DNA from: Podarcis tiliguerta
Taxonomy: Eukaryota
Reading direction: 5' to 3' (one strand)
DNA length: 64,000 bases
Assembly (NCBI GenBank): GCA_965153285.1
Contig: OZ229110.1
The notes under the pieces are model-generated. The model had not been told where the DNA came from. It ran no database searches and saw nothing but the letters and a program-made list of their open reading frames with translations. Of this stretch, positions 25,444 to 37,935 are shown one piece after another (positions within the stretch are counted from its first letter, which is position 1; every line of letters starts with the position of its first letter). The position numbers and the translations under genes were made by a program.

Positions 25444-26111
25444 TCTGAGACAGGCTGTGTCACTTCGCTGCCTAGAAGTGGCTGCCGTTTCTAGGTCAGC
25501 TTCTCAGCCTGAAGCTACCAATTATCTCCTCCGGCCCTGGCCAGGTTCTGCAGATTTTAATAGGACAATGAAATCCTTGCTCTGTAAACCGGCAGCTCCC
25601 CCATTTCCACAAGCTCCTCCAGAGATGGCTTCGGTGTATCATCCTCGCACAATCCCCATGTGATGGGAAACAGTTCTGACAGCCTGAGGCTGTTTCCTTC
25701 TCTCTCCTCAACCTCCCAAGCCACCCAAGGCCCCGTAGCTGGAATAAATGAAGGATGAACTCCACTCGGAGGCAGCCTGAGAGAAAGCTGGTGATACAGC
25801 ACCATATCCCTAGTTAAGTTTTTCCACACAGTGAGATTAGGATGGAGAAGATGTTGTGGATGAGACCAGGCTGTGTGGGCAATAATAAAACATTAGCAAA
25901 TCCTTTCTACTTATTAGCCTGGTTTAATAAGACAAGGTCTTGTGAAGTCAGAACAGAACTGAACAATATATATAGGAAAACTCCCAGTGGAAATATCCTG
26001 TTTTGTGACAAGAATGTTTCGGTTACAAGACAGCTTATTATACTTGGGCAGTGGAAAGCTAGGTTTGAATCTGCCAAAAAGCCGACAGAATGCCTTTAAG
26101 CTAAGTCACTA

Positions 26112-26353
26112 CAGCGGTACCTCGGATTAAGTACTTAATTTGTTCCGGAGGTCCGTACTTAACCTGAAACTGTTCTTAAGCTGAAGCACCACTTTAGCTA
26201 ATGGGGCCTCCTGCTGCTGCTGCGCCACCGGAGCACGATTTCTGTTCTCATCCTGAAGCAAAGTTCTTAACCTGAAGCACTGTTTCTGGGTTAGCGGAGT
26301 CTGTAACCTGAAGCGTATGTAACCTGAAGCATATGTAACCCGAGGTACCACTG
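26112..26353. mobile_element. Tc1/mariner MITE, same family, opposite orientation
   Basis: TA|CAGCGGTACCTCGG...CCGAGGTACCACTG|TA. The internal sequence is the reverse complement of the 23170 copy. Confidence 0.9.
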
Positions 26354-28599
26354 TATCTCTAGGCCTAGATGACCTCGCAAGGCTGTTAAGAGGATAAAAT
26401 GAGCACTTTGAAATAGGACTGGGTAGAAATATGAAGGAGAGAGGGAGCGAGGAGATCATGGGAATTTGGTTTGTTGACAAATTTCTAGCTGCAGAATCTA
26501 ATTTTGGTTGAGATGTAGGCTAGATTGTTTTCTTCTTATGCCAAAGGTAGAAGCAGTGAAAGTATTGGGAGAAATGTAAGTCAGCAAGCCAACTTTTGTG
26601 GAAAGCCCCTTTTTCATCAGAATCAACTGGAATTCAGATGCAGTTTCTTTTTACTTTTCAAGTAATGGCTTCTTCATGCCATATGGGCTGAGTTGCACAT
26701 AATGCCAAACCATAATTAAAACAAACTGAGCTTCATAAGCCGACAACAGGCAATGAACAAACCATAGCTAAGCTGCTGTGGTTTGGATGCTCAAATAAAC
26801 CATGGCTTAATGCACTATATAATACACTACAGTTTAACAAACCATTGCTTAGCATTATGTGCAAACCAAGCCATTGGGACTGGCTTCTGAGTCTTAGCCT
26901 TGCATGGCACAAAGTGAGCATTCTGGTCAGCTGAAATAAAACATCAACAAATCAGTTTCTCCCTCTTCTCTCTCACGTGTGCGTCTTCTGTTTGTGACAT
27001 TTCCCTAACCCTGACCATTTCCCTTTGCCCCCAGTGTCATTCATCCCCTTTCTTGTGTCTCTTTCCCCTGTTTACTGCTGTCTGGCATATCTGTAGAGTG
27101 CAAGGGCCCAGGAGACATTGCAGATCTGACGCAATGATGTTTTGAAAAAGGTTCTCTGGGCATGATAACCATTGGGAGTGATAAAGATAGATGCCAATTG
27201 GATTTGCTCCTCGCCACTCTTCTGGAGAGGTCAGCAGATGGCTTCGCAGACACACTTTGACCAGTAATCTGGGACAAACTCAATTTCTGTCCTCCTCATC
27301 CCCTACCTCCCACCTTTGTGTTTTACAGATGGTTTGGCTTCCTCTATGGTTGTGTTCACACTGCTCTTTACTCTGCCTCCACCATATCTATCCTGTCATT
27401 TCTTACGAAATTCTGAGTTTTGATGCGTTTCCCCTCCAAACCAGCTTTGCCAAATTGAGAAAGAAGAACAACCTGGCTGCGTGTAAAGCAGGTAATGGAT
27501 TCACAGCCTATATATTGCCATCACCTTCGTGGCCTTGTTACACCTGGGAGGTAAGATTGAGCAGTATGGTTCAAGAAAAGAAATCAAAAAGTAAAAGAGG
27601 CTATTACTGGGTGGGAAAATGGGGGAACTGGTTTTCCTAAACACACTGATTGGGAGAGTAGGCATCAGTGAACATAATGAGATATATATACAGACATACA
27701 TGGGCATAGCAAGGATTTTTGTTGGGGTGGGGGCAGCCCAAGTTGTTGAGCTTTTTTCATGGGTAAATATACCCCCCAGACTTTGGTTGGGCGGCAGGCT
27801 TCTGCTAGGGGGACAGAACCTAAGTTAATTCAGTACTTTCAATGCTTTTCAATAATTTGCATGCTATAGCCATGCAGACATATTGCATGTAGAGAGTACA
27901 TAAGCCCCTCTGCCTGAGAACCAGAAACTTTGCATCATTCTGATATGTCTTCAAGTCCTTAGAAGACACTACTTATCACTTTTCCCCATGCCATAAGGAC
28001 TAGCAACCTGAGATATCAGTGTACACCTATGAATTTGTGCAGGAGGAGAATTGCTCTGTGCATCTAGCATGTGTTAGACTTTAGAAGGCAACATGTTAGT
28101 TCAGGTCCCCAGAATGGAGAGAGGTTTTAGCAAAAAAAAAGAGCAAAGCATGCAGATTGCCCCTCCCCCAGAAAACCCATCTTGTAAGGCAAAAAAAATC
28201 ATTTCATTTAGGCAATGATTGAAGTGCACACAAGAAAGCAAATATATTCAAAGTCATAATTGCCAAACATCAGAGTTACAGTAGAGAGACATGGAAGATA
28301 GACTGCCCGGACGGGATTTTTTTTAAGAGATCAGAAGGACAGGAAAAAGAAAATAAAAAAGATTTTACAGACCATAAAATCTCATGTTTTCAGTATGCTA
28401 CCCAAACTGGCAGCAAGTGACTAGATTTCCTACTCGGTGCTGTGAAGGCAGCTCTTATAGATTTCCAGTTTATTTATTTTCTTTCTAGAGCCCCTCAGGC
28501 TATGCTGAACTTCCTGGGGGTATAGATGTGTGCATGCCTGCACACTGCAGACACACAGATGTATGTATTCACACAAATGACAGCACAGTCCTTTGTGTA

Positions 28600-28660
28600 T
28601 CCACTCAGAAGTAAGTCCCACTAAGTTCAGCAGGGCTTCCTCCCAGCTAAGTACATATGC
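28600..28660. repeat. Short palindromic interspersed repeat (AGTAAGTCCCAYTGA...TGGGRCTTACT family)
   Basis: The same hairpin-like motif recurs near 35-75, 2380-2425, 8635-8705, 31300-31340 and 32000-32060. Confidence 0.55.
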
Positions 28661-31600
28661 AGCCTAAGTCCCCTTCTTGCTAGAATACCCTCAGACATGT
28701 TCTCTAAATAGGAAAGTGCAGCAACTAAAAACAGGCTAAGTGGAAGCATCTGCCCAATAAGAATAATCACCAGGGGGAGAAAAAGGACAAACACTAATAA
28801 GTCTGTAGGAGGAACATGTAGATACGGGAACAACATGAATTAGATAAACCAATTAATTTCTCTAAGCCATATGAATGTAATCTCCTCCCAGAGGAGATTG
28901 GCCTCTGATCTGTGGTTATTAAATCAGGACCTTTGGAGAAGAACAGAGCTTGGGAAGAGGTAGGCTGGTGGGCTGTCTCCTTCCCAGACAGCAAAAAGGG
29001 TTGATGTGATTATTTATTTCCTTTTAGATGCATTATAAAAAAACAAAACAAAACAGGCTCTCTGGTACCCATCCAAATCAGCAGGCTGCCTCCAGCATTG
29101 AAACCTACATATTCCCCTTTCCCCATGTCAACTCTATACCTCTCCCTACCAGGAAACAAACAAGCAAACCAGGGCAGAGCCCTCATCACAAACTTGGACT
29201 CTAAGGAAACTCAATTTTGCTGTCAATAAATGTGACAAGAATGCGCACTGAGAGCCATAACCCGAACAAGAGATCTGCGGTAGGTTTCTAAAACAACAAT
29301 TTGTGACAAGGCAATGAAGAATTGTAATGCTCTTGTTAGGGCTGGAGTGGTGATGAAGGAATGCTTCAGATGTAGGGCACTTCTTTTGGTGAATGTTTAA
29401 GGCAAGCAGAGTCCTTGAGGAAGCAAGCGATTTATGGAGATTTCTAGGGTAGGTGGTGTTTTGGAGGAGGGCCTGTCCATGCATATTCAGTTAGTAGTCA
29501 TTTTTAAAATAAATCTATGATGTGGCCACACGCGGAACACACTCCATACACCTTTGCTGGTGAAAAGGTTTGGTTTGGTGAAAAGTGCTAAATATATGGA
29601 AATGGAGGTTTGGCACACACAAAAAGGTTAAAACTCCGCCAAGAATGATTGTTGTTCTCATTGTAAGTGAATTGATCAAAAGGCGGACAATCTTCTTGAA
29701 ATGAATGATGGATTCAGAGACAATGAGCAACAATGGTCAGCTGAGTACAGTTTTCCGGACGATCTCTCGCATTTCCTACCAAGCCTATTCCGCCTCCTCC
29801 AATGCCTGCAATTCATATAACTGCTCTGCATATGAATAATTGCTTTTTATCTCTCGCCCAGATTTCATTCTGCTTATGTCAAACAGGTTGTTTGGATAAA
29901 TAATTCATCACAACTGCAAACTGCAATTTTTCGCACCCCTTCTACCCACATTTGAAAAGAGTGACGGCAACGTGCAAAATGTGTAAAGTCATGATCAACA
30001 GTTCAGACAACCTGTTCAAGCCTCGTGGTGGCCGGGGCAGGGAGTGGGGAGGGCAAGGAGCATACCTCATCACATACAGGTTAGAAGGTTGTGTGAACTA
30101 GCTCTAGCAGTGAAACTAAGGAGATCTTTAATGGTACAAAAACTAAACAGTGTGTGACTCTGAGAAGCCAGTTAACAACTACTATTCCCTGTATGTCATC
30201 AACTTGCTGTTCACACTACATACAGTTCACACAAACACACACTCACACACGGGTTTACTTTCAATAAGTGGGATCTTAGTTTTCGATCCATGTTGCTTGC
30301 TTGGCAACAGAAACAGCCAATTATATCGCCCATGGGTGAATCAGAGATGTAGTGCTCAGCGGCTAGGCACCAAATACACAATAATCAAGTGTGAAGAAAT
30401 CAAGTAATAGATTTTTTTCTAGACATTCCTTCAGAAGTTTGCTCCAGGTGTTTAGTGGTTCAGTCTTTCGTTCATACAGCAATGCTGTTAGGAGGTTGTT
30501 TGCTTAGCCAGTTAGTTCATGGATTTTACATATCGTGGTCTACGGTTGTACAGTCGCTAAGGAGAGAAAAATGCCACCAAGGAATACTCAGATGGAAACA
30601 GAACTAAGAACTGCATAAGTGCTTGAAAAATAAATGAAATTGTACCTTCATGTGGAAGGGAGAACACTGATGGAATGAATAAGATAATGGTGCAAAAATA
30701 TAATGAATGCCATGTTCCTTCTCCCTTCCCCCGCCTCCTCATTACGCCTTTTCCCTTAGCAGGAGCACTCGTAGACAAAGGCACTTTGAAAGTATTTTTT
30801 TTAAAAGTGCTTTTTGTTGCTATCGGTGTAATGGTTGGTGTGTTAAACGTGCTTCTATGTGCCATGCGAAAGGGGTGGGAGGGTTGGAATCAGGTAGACA
30901 AAGGCTACGTGTGTCCCTCTCCCCACTGTGTTTCAAGTCACATTTTTTATATCGCTTTACACCCCAGAGAGGGGGCAGGGATGCCACCACCTGATGAACA
31001 TTGTCTCCTTCGTTTCCTTTCACCTGCAGCTATCGCCTAGTCAGTGGAGCTATCATCCGCACATGTGCAACAGCCACACCTCAGCTTGACCGTAGCTTCC
31101 AATTTCTAATGAAACGGAAGCTGGTTTGAGGGAAAACTCATTGGGCAACAGTGCTGCTGAAGAAACTGCAGGATACATATGGATTGTGACTAACCTTATG
31201 GGTGGTCAGCTTCAAACACCAATAGTGGGAGCACACTGGAGCCTGGAGCAAAGGGTCAAGTGTACACAGCCAAAGAGGGGTGGGAATCCTAACCCTTCTT
31301 ACCTGGGAGTGAGCCCCATTGAATTCAATGGCTCTTACAGATCTAAACTTTCAGAAATGTATCTTGATACATTTTCATTGCATGGGGGCATAGGAGCCAA
31401 CTCCTAGGGGCCAAGGTCCCTTCAGATCCCCCAATAAAATATTTGAGGGGGCTGGCCTTCCACCAAGTTGATGGGCATTCAAATGGTATGTGTGAGATTG
31501 ATTATAGGGACAGGGCTTACCTGCCCTCCCAATGTTTTATTCAAGTCGGCACCCCTGCAAGGGGGCCTGATAGTATTGTTCATCCACAAGATGTTTAAAG

Positions 31601-32206
31601 TCTCCATAGGGATTTATTCCCTTTGTATTATGTCAAAGAGTTCAGAGCAAAGTTCATACTGCAGATCTTCCACCACCACCACTGCCAGTTTATCTTCACG
31701 AAAACCCTGAGGAGGGGATTAGATTGCGAGATAGGGATTGGCCCAAAGTCACCCAGTGACCTTCATGGCTAGGTGGGGATTCGAACCTGCATCTCCCTAG
31801 TCCGATGTGCTGACCACTACACTACACAAACACTGCCTGACCTGTTCCACAAAAGCACAGAGAAATTACCTCAGCCAGAGGAAGCAGAGGTAGATTAACC
31901 TCTCCTCTTCAGAGATTGTAGTTACAGCCTGCAGGGCTTCTAGCGGGACATCTCTCCCCTCCTTGGTACTCCTGCCAGCAGGGCTAAAAGCTGTAACCCG
32001 AGAGTAAATCCCATTGAATTCAATGGGATAGGTGTCAAATTGAATTTGATGGGACTTATATAGACTTGCTCTGTAAAATCTAAGCAGCTTTCTTAGTGTA
32101 TGGAAACTTCTTGCACCAGCAATCTGCATATAAAAAGATCCTGTATGTAGATGTCTAACGAAGCCTTTGCAAATGTGCACTAAGGATTCACACTAAGGCC
32201 GTTTTC

Positions 32207-32340
32207 CATGGGCATAGCCAAGGGGGGCAGGGAGCGGCAGCGCCCCCCCCCCAATCAATAAAAATACATAGCTAACTGAGGTTCTGCCCCCCCCCGAAAA
32301 GGCCTGCCTCCCCCTAACAAAAATCCTGTCTATGCCCAGG
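32207..32340. mobile_element. hAT-type MITE (same family as 59644)
   Basis: Same body. TSD CCGTTTTC / CCCTTTTC (7 of 8 match). A partial copy lies near 27699-27815. Confidence 0.82.
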
Positions 32341-32617
32341 CCCTTTTCACTGGAACATGAGCTTGAGGAAAGATCCTGAGCAGCTTCTACAAGATAGGTA
32401 GGATCGGGTGTGGGTGTGGGTGCAATAAGCCTGCCCTCCTTCCAGTGCAAGTCTATCCCTGCTTAGAAGCCTCTGTTTTGGCAAATGACGTTGCCTCTGT
32501 GAAGTCCATAGCCCTTAATGCCCCTGTGCCCTACTCATGGAATGCCAGGAGTCTAAGGAATCCTGTTTCTATAGGAACCTGGTTTTAGTGAAGAGATTCA
32601 CCGGCACATGTGGCCAA

Positions 32618-32636
32618 CAGCCACTAGGTGGCGCAC
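32618..32636 (+). promoter_or_regulatory. Candidate CTCF site
   Basis: CAGCCACTAGGTGGCGCAC matches the CTCF core CCASYAGRKGGCRS without mismatch and lies in apparently non-repetitive sequence. Confidence 0.65.
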
Positions 32637-33183
32637 TTGATTCTGGGAAATACGCTTTAAAAAGCGAAAGCCTCCTCTTGCTGCGCTAACAGTAAGTGGT
32701 GTTGATAGGTCAATACTATTACATCTGATTGATCAGTGTGGCACTGCCAAGACTATGGCATCCTACTGATAACAGCTTTGATCCTGTTAACAGGCAGGGT
32801 TCTTCTCCAGCTGAGCCCCAGACAGTTGTTTGCAAAGGTTGATTTGGACAATACACTTTTCGCCTGCGGAGAAACTCCTGACATAGAGGAACACAGCAAA
32901 CTGATGCGATGCTGCGTTGGACTCCTGGTCCATCCAGTTCAGCGTCAACTATACTGATCAGCGGAGTTTCAGGCTGGAGATATTCCCATGCTTACCTGGG
33001 AATGAACCTGAGACCGTTTGCATGCAAAACAGATGCTCCACAGATTCCTCTTAACCTTGCCAAGCATGTGCTTATGTGAGAAAACATAAATGTATGAAAT
33101 GAGTCGTCAGAACTATGGACCACAATAATGCCCAAGTACTCAGTAGCACTTTCTCCCCAGCTCCCGCTGTCACAGAAGGGTTT

Positions 33184-33410
33184 GGATTTGATATCCCGCT
33201 TTATCATTACCCGAAGGAGTCTCAAAGCAGCTAACAATCTCCTTTCCCTTCCTCCCCCACAACAAACACTCTGTGAGATGAGTGGGGCTGAGAGACTTCA
33301 AAGAAGTGTGACTGGCCCAAGGTCACCCAGCAGCTGCATGTGGAGGAGCAGGGACGCGAACCCGGTTCCCCAGATTACGAGACTACCACTACACCACACT
33401 GGCTCCCAGC
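33184..33410 (-). mobile_element. tRNA-derived CORE-type SINE (Squam3/MIR-like)
   Basis: CORE-like GTGACTGGCCCAAGGTCACCCAGC and reverse B box GGGACGCGAACCC. Near-identical copy at 54538-54712; older copies near 31640-31830 and 44200-44410. Confidence 0.75.
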
Positions 33411-35542
33411 AATTGCACCACACTGGCTCCTAGCAATTGCTGTGACATCCACTGCTTGCTTCACATGTTATTGTCCGTCATCTGTCTGTCTGTCTATCCG
33501 TCTAGTTACTTTGTCAAATGCTTTCCCTCTCCCATTGCAACCAAAGCAAACCGAAATAATTCACAAATGAAAACAATTTGCACCTGAAAGTAAATCTAAT
33601 GATCAGCAGGCAAGAAGGCTAACCAAACAACACCAATAGCAAGACCATCGTAAGTGACTGTGGGAATAGGCAAAACAACAGCAAAAATGTAACTGAATGG
33701 CTGAAAGCACAGTGACAGCTTCCCCTCCAGAAAGGGAGGAGATATAGATAAATATGCTTGGCCGTGTGAGTGCATACTATGGGAAGGTTGAGACTGCTGT
33801 GGTGGACAGACAGAGTACTCTGTGTATTCCCCACCCCTCCTTCCTAAGGCTCTCATTATAGTTTAGCTTGAGGGCCTGGCTGCTTTCTAACAGTGCTGAT
33901 GTGCTTTGCAGTCACATTCAATCACTCCAACACAAAATTCATGCACAGCTAATGAAAGGATGCATCCAGTTTGGGTTTGGTGGCATCTTCATTCGCAGGG
34001 CAAATTAACCTACAGAAAAGCAGGACCTGACTCGGAGGGGCTGCAACCCAGGAACTGTGTTGCTGTCATGACGGAGAAGCCCTGCTGGTAGTCTCATTTG
34101 GCTGAAGCAGTGTGAGCGGCTGCTTTTCCTCAGCAGGGTCTACTCACTAGGAGTATCCTTCCTATGTCAGTACTCCATCATGTCCTCTTGCCAAATATTG
34201 TGGCCAGTAAACCAAAGCAGATATTGGATTATGAGCTTTTTGTCAATACATACTTAATTCTAGCCCTTTCAACCTCTTCCAATATAGAACACTGGGCCTG
34301 GGTGAAAGGTTGGGTTTTTAACCATGCTCTTTTTTATGTTTCTGCCTGCAGCTGGTCTCCAAACTCAAAGTAGCTTCCACCATAAAACACAAGAGAAAGA
34401 TGGACCACATTGCTGTTTAAAACACCTGACGCAAAATAATGTATTTACTGACTTCTGTTGAGTCAGGAGCATCCAACTTTTGAGCTGCAAAGAACTCTGT
34501 CAGAAGAAGGGCAGCTGAAGGCTTGTGCAAATGTTTCAATGATGTAGAAGACGACTTGTGCTCCTAGTACTGCGTATGATTCACAATTCAATTATTGCTA
34601 CTGAATATCAGTCATTGGCAAAATGTTCTTAGGAGTTTGTAGTAAGTGAAGGCTATCTGCTAAAAAATTTTTTAAAAACCCAAATACAATGATTTCTTCT
34701 GGAAGTACAATAAGCACCTACTTGTCAGTGCCTGTGACATCACCGATAATGAGATAATAAATTATTCCTCCCCCAAACCTCAACTGAGGTGCACAGTTAT
34801 GAAACTGGTTTTAAATATACAGAATGGTTTAGCTCCTTTAAAAAATTACCATGCACACCTGCCTGGGGGGGGGACACACAACATCTGTCCGCATAAGTGA
34901 CCTGACTTCTCAGCAATCTTAGCTGTCAGGTGGCCAAGGTTGGCGCAAACACACAAGGATGTGCCTGAATACAAATAGTTCAGCAATAGTGCTGGCAGCT
35001 CTGGGTGGGTAACTCTTCCTACCCTATAACTACAAGTGTTGCAAGATCTGGGCTGAAGTCACCAACTAGCACTAAGACCTTCAAATTGCTCTGTAGGAAA
35101 GCAATGTTTTGTACCAGCCCTAATGCACAGCATGGAGAGAGAACATTATTAATCGATGCAAACATCATTTTTAGCTCAGAGGAGATGCTTCTGCATATGA
35201 ACCAATACAGTGTTCATTATGAGATAATAAACTCAACTTTATTGTGTCTCTTCATCCTCTGGGAAAACGCAGCTAATATGATGTATATGCCATCATGTGC
35301 CAGCCATGGCCTTCTGCCATTTACATTGGCCAAATGTGTTGTCGGCATGAGAATAAATGAGCACAAATCGGGCATGACAAATGGTAACAACTCAGGGAGA
35401 GCATTCGGGACAAAACTTGAAAGTAGCCATACAAAATAAATAAATGCATTAGAAACAAATATCAAACAGAAAGACTCTGTGCAAAGCCACAGAATAGAAA
35501 TTCAAAGGCAGATTGGACGTGATCAGACAAGGGCTGAATAGG

Positions 35543-35869
35543 CAGCGGTCAGCAAACTTTTTCAGCAGCAGGCCAGTCCACTGTCCCTCAGACCATGTGG
35601 GGGGCCAGACTATATTTTTTTTTGGGGGGGGGGAATGAACGAATTCCTATGCCCCGCAAATAACCCAGAGATGCATTTTAAATAAAAGCACACATTCTAC
35701 TCATGTAAAAACACCAGGCAGGCCCCACAAATAACCCAGAGATGCATTTTAAATAAAAGGACACATTCTACTCATGTAAAAACATGCTGATTCCCGAACC
35801 TTCCACGGGCCAGATTTAGAAGGTTATTTGGATGGATCTGGCCCCTGGGCCTCAGTTTGCCTACCCATG
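35543..35869. mobile_element. hAT-type MITE with internal tandem duplication of about 70 bp
   Basis: Ends CAGCGGTCAGCAAACT / AGTTTGCCTACCCATG with flank GAATAG(A)G on both sides. CAAATAACCCAGAGATGCATTTTAAATAAAA...CTCATGTAAAAACA occurs twice. Confidence 0.75.
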
Positions 35870-36606
35870 GAATAGAGGCTAAGAGCTTGTCCACTCTTCT
35901 GCTTGTCCTGTGCCTAGAAAGCAAAGTCTGAAGCCATTTTCCCTTTGCCCCACTCCTTTCCCAGGGAAAACCCACTCTTTAGCTCTAAATTGGAACAAAT
36001 GGCAAAGAGTGATCTTCCCCGAGGGAAAGCAGTGTGACAAGCAGAAGTGTGGATAAGCCCTTATAGCATAAAGTTATGCATGTTTTACTTCAAAGAAAGA
36101 CAGTGTTCCCTGGGGTAAAGTCCCCAGGTAAAGTGTCCATAGGACTAGGGCTTCGGAGTGGCCAGCTTACTACAAGAAGTGATGCTATGCTGGCTGGGAC
36201 TGAAGAGAATTCTAGTCTATTTTTTGCCGGATCGTCTTTTGCCAGATCTGTACACTATTCTCTGCCAGTTCACTAGCAGCTGGTAGTGAGTCACCCTCCC
36301 CTCCCCTTTTCCACTGGACCTTGTTAGGATTTGATTCCTCCTAATAGTGGAGCACACCTCCCTTTGCCATTCCTGGGTCTTCTGGCCTCACTTTGCAGTA
36401 ATATCCCCTTCTCCTTTTCTGTGCCTTATGTATGCGCCCATTAAAGATGCTCTTCACGAACTGGTGAGATAGATGGAGGTGGGATAAACCCTGTGGTCCT
36501 TCAGATGTTATCGGGCCCCATCTCCTACCAGCCCCAGCCAGCGTGGCCACTGGTCAAGATTGCAATCCAGCAAAATTTGGAGCACCACCAGCTCCCAACT
36601 CCTGAA

Positions 36607-37935
36607 GTTGTTGGCATTTGTCTGGAGGAATGCACCCTTAGGATGAAGTCAAACTGCCGAAAGGTTGCAGCGCCTGCTGTGGCTGTAGAGACCAATACAG
36701 GAGAGACATGTTTTGTTGCAGCTGGGGCAGAAGAAGGCTGCTCCAAGCAGTGGCGTAGCGTGGGTTGTCAGCACCCGGGGCAAGGCAAGTAATTTGCGCC
36801 CCCCCCCCGCTGCACTGTCCCTCCCCCAGATAGTCCCTCGCTCTCCCTCCACACCGCACTGCACGCCTGGCACCCTCCCCTCCACAGTGGGCGGCTTGGA
36901 TCGGATTCGCACAGCCAGCACTGCAGTGAGAGAGAGTGAGTGAGCCAGGTAGGGGCAGAGAGCTGCGAGTGTGAGCGCGCAGTGGCATGGCGTGGGTTTT
37001 CTGAGCTTGCACAGAGTGCTTTTCCTCCCTATGGGCAGAGCCAGCTTGCTCCTAAATACCTGAGCTCTATAGTTAGAGACTCACCATTTCCCCAGTTGGC
37101 TTGGCCCCCAATTTCTCTTACTATAGAATTTGGGGCTGGTGGTGGAGGAAATCATTATTCTTCCCCCTTGCTACCCCCCCCCCAAAGCATAAGAGAGGGA
37201 CTCCCAAGAAGGTGAAGCAGGATTTCACTCCAGGGTATCTCGGAAGCCCAGACCCCCGATCTCTCCCATCGCCCCTGGAGGGGTCATGGAGGCACTGAGC
37301 CCGGGAGGCGGGCAGCCAGCCAGGGCGCACGCACCTACCCAACCTCGTTGCGCCCAGGCGCGCTGCTCTCTCCAACTTTCCTCCCTGCCGGGCCAGTGGC
37401 TCCGCCTCCACCTCTTCCTTTGCCTCTTTGAGCAAGCGATTAGCAGGCTCGGATTGGATCCTGCGGCAGGCAGGCGGCGCCTCCTCCCGGCTTTGCTGCT
37501 CCTCCACCTCCTCCTCCTCCACCTCCTCCTCCCTGCTGCTGCAGCTGCTGCGCGGCTCTTTTCCCTCCCGCTTCCTCGAGGGGGGCCGGCCAAACGGAGA
37601 CGACGATCCCTCCCCCCAACCAAGCCTCGATTGCTTGTCCCTTCTCTCTGGACTTGCGCCCCCCCAAATGTTGCGCCCGGTGCGGCTCGCACCCCTGGCA
37701 CCCCCCACGCTACGCCACTGGCTCCAAGGGCAACATGGCATTTCTTCTCTCTGCACTCATCCCAGCGGTCATTCCTCCTCTGGTCAGTACTGGGGATGCA
37801 AGACCTGTCTATCTCCAGGAGCTGAGCTGCAATCGTCTGCAAGGGATTCCCACACTCAGAGCTGTAGCTAAGGGGGCAGGGCAGGGTTAGCCAGGTATTT
37901 TTGCCCTGGTTGAAGCCTCCTCCAGAGGGGCACCA
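36607..37935 (-). mobile_element. RTE-clade LINE 3' fragment split by the hAT insertion
   Basis: Removing the hAT and one TSD joins ...DQRRNDRWDECREKKCHVALG to AAFFCPSCNKTCLSCIGLYSHSRRC, the C-terminal Cys/His finger typical of RTE ORFs. Short (CAA)n-like tail near 36607. Confidence 0.75.
36748..37720. mobile_element. Non-autonomous hAT-type DNA transposon with GC/CpG-rich internal cargo
   Basis: Perfect 17-bp TIR CAGTGGCGTAGCGTGGG (36748-36764 and 37704-37720). Perfect 8-bp TSD GCTCCAAG (36740-36747 and 37721-37728). Confidence 0.93.

Noticed and set aside
36748-37720. Native CHRM4 CpG-island promoter
   Set aside because: It is bounded exactly by TIRs and a TSD and interrupts a LINE, so it is an insertion rather than the ancestral promoter.
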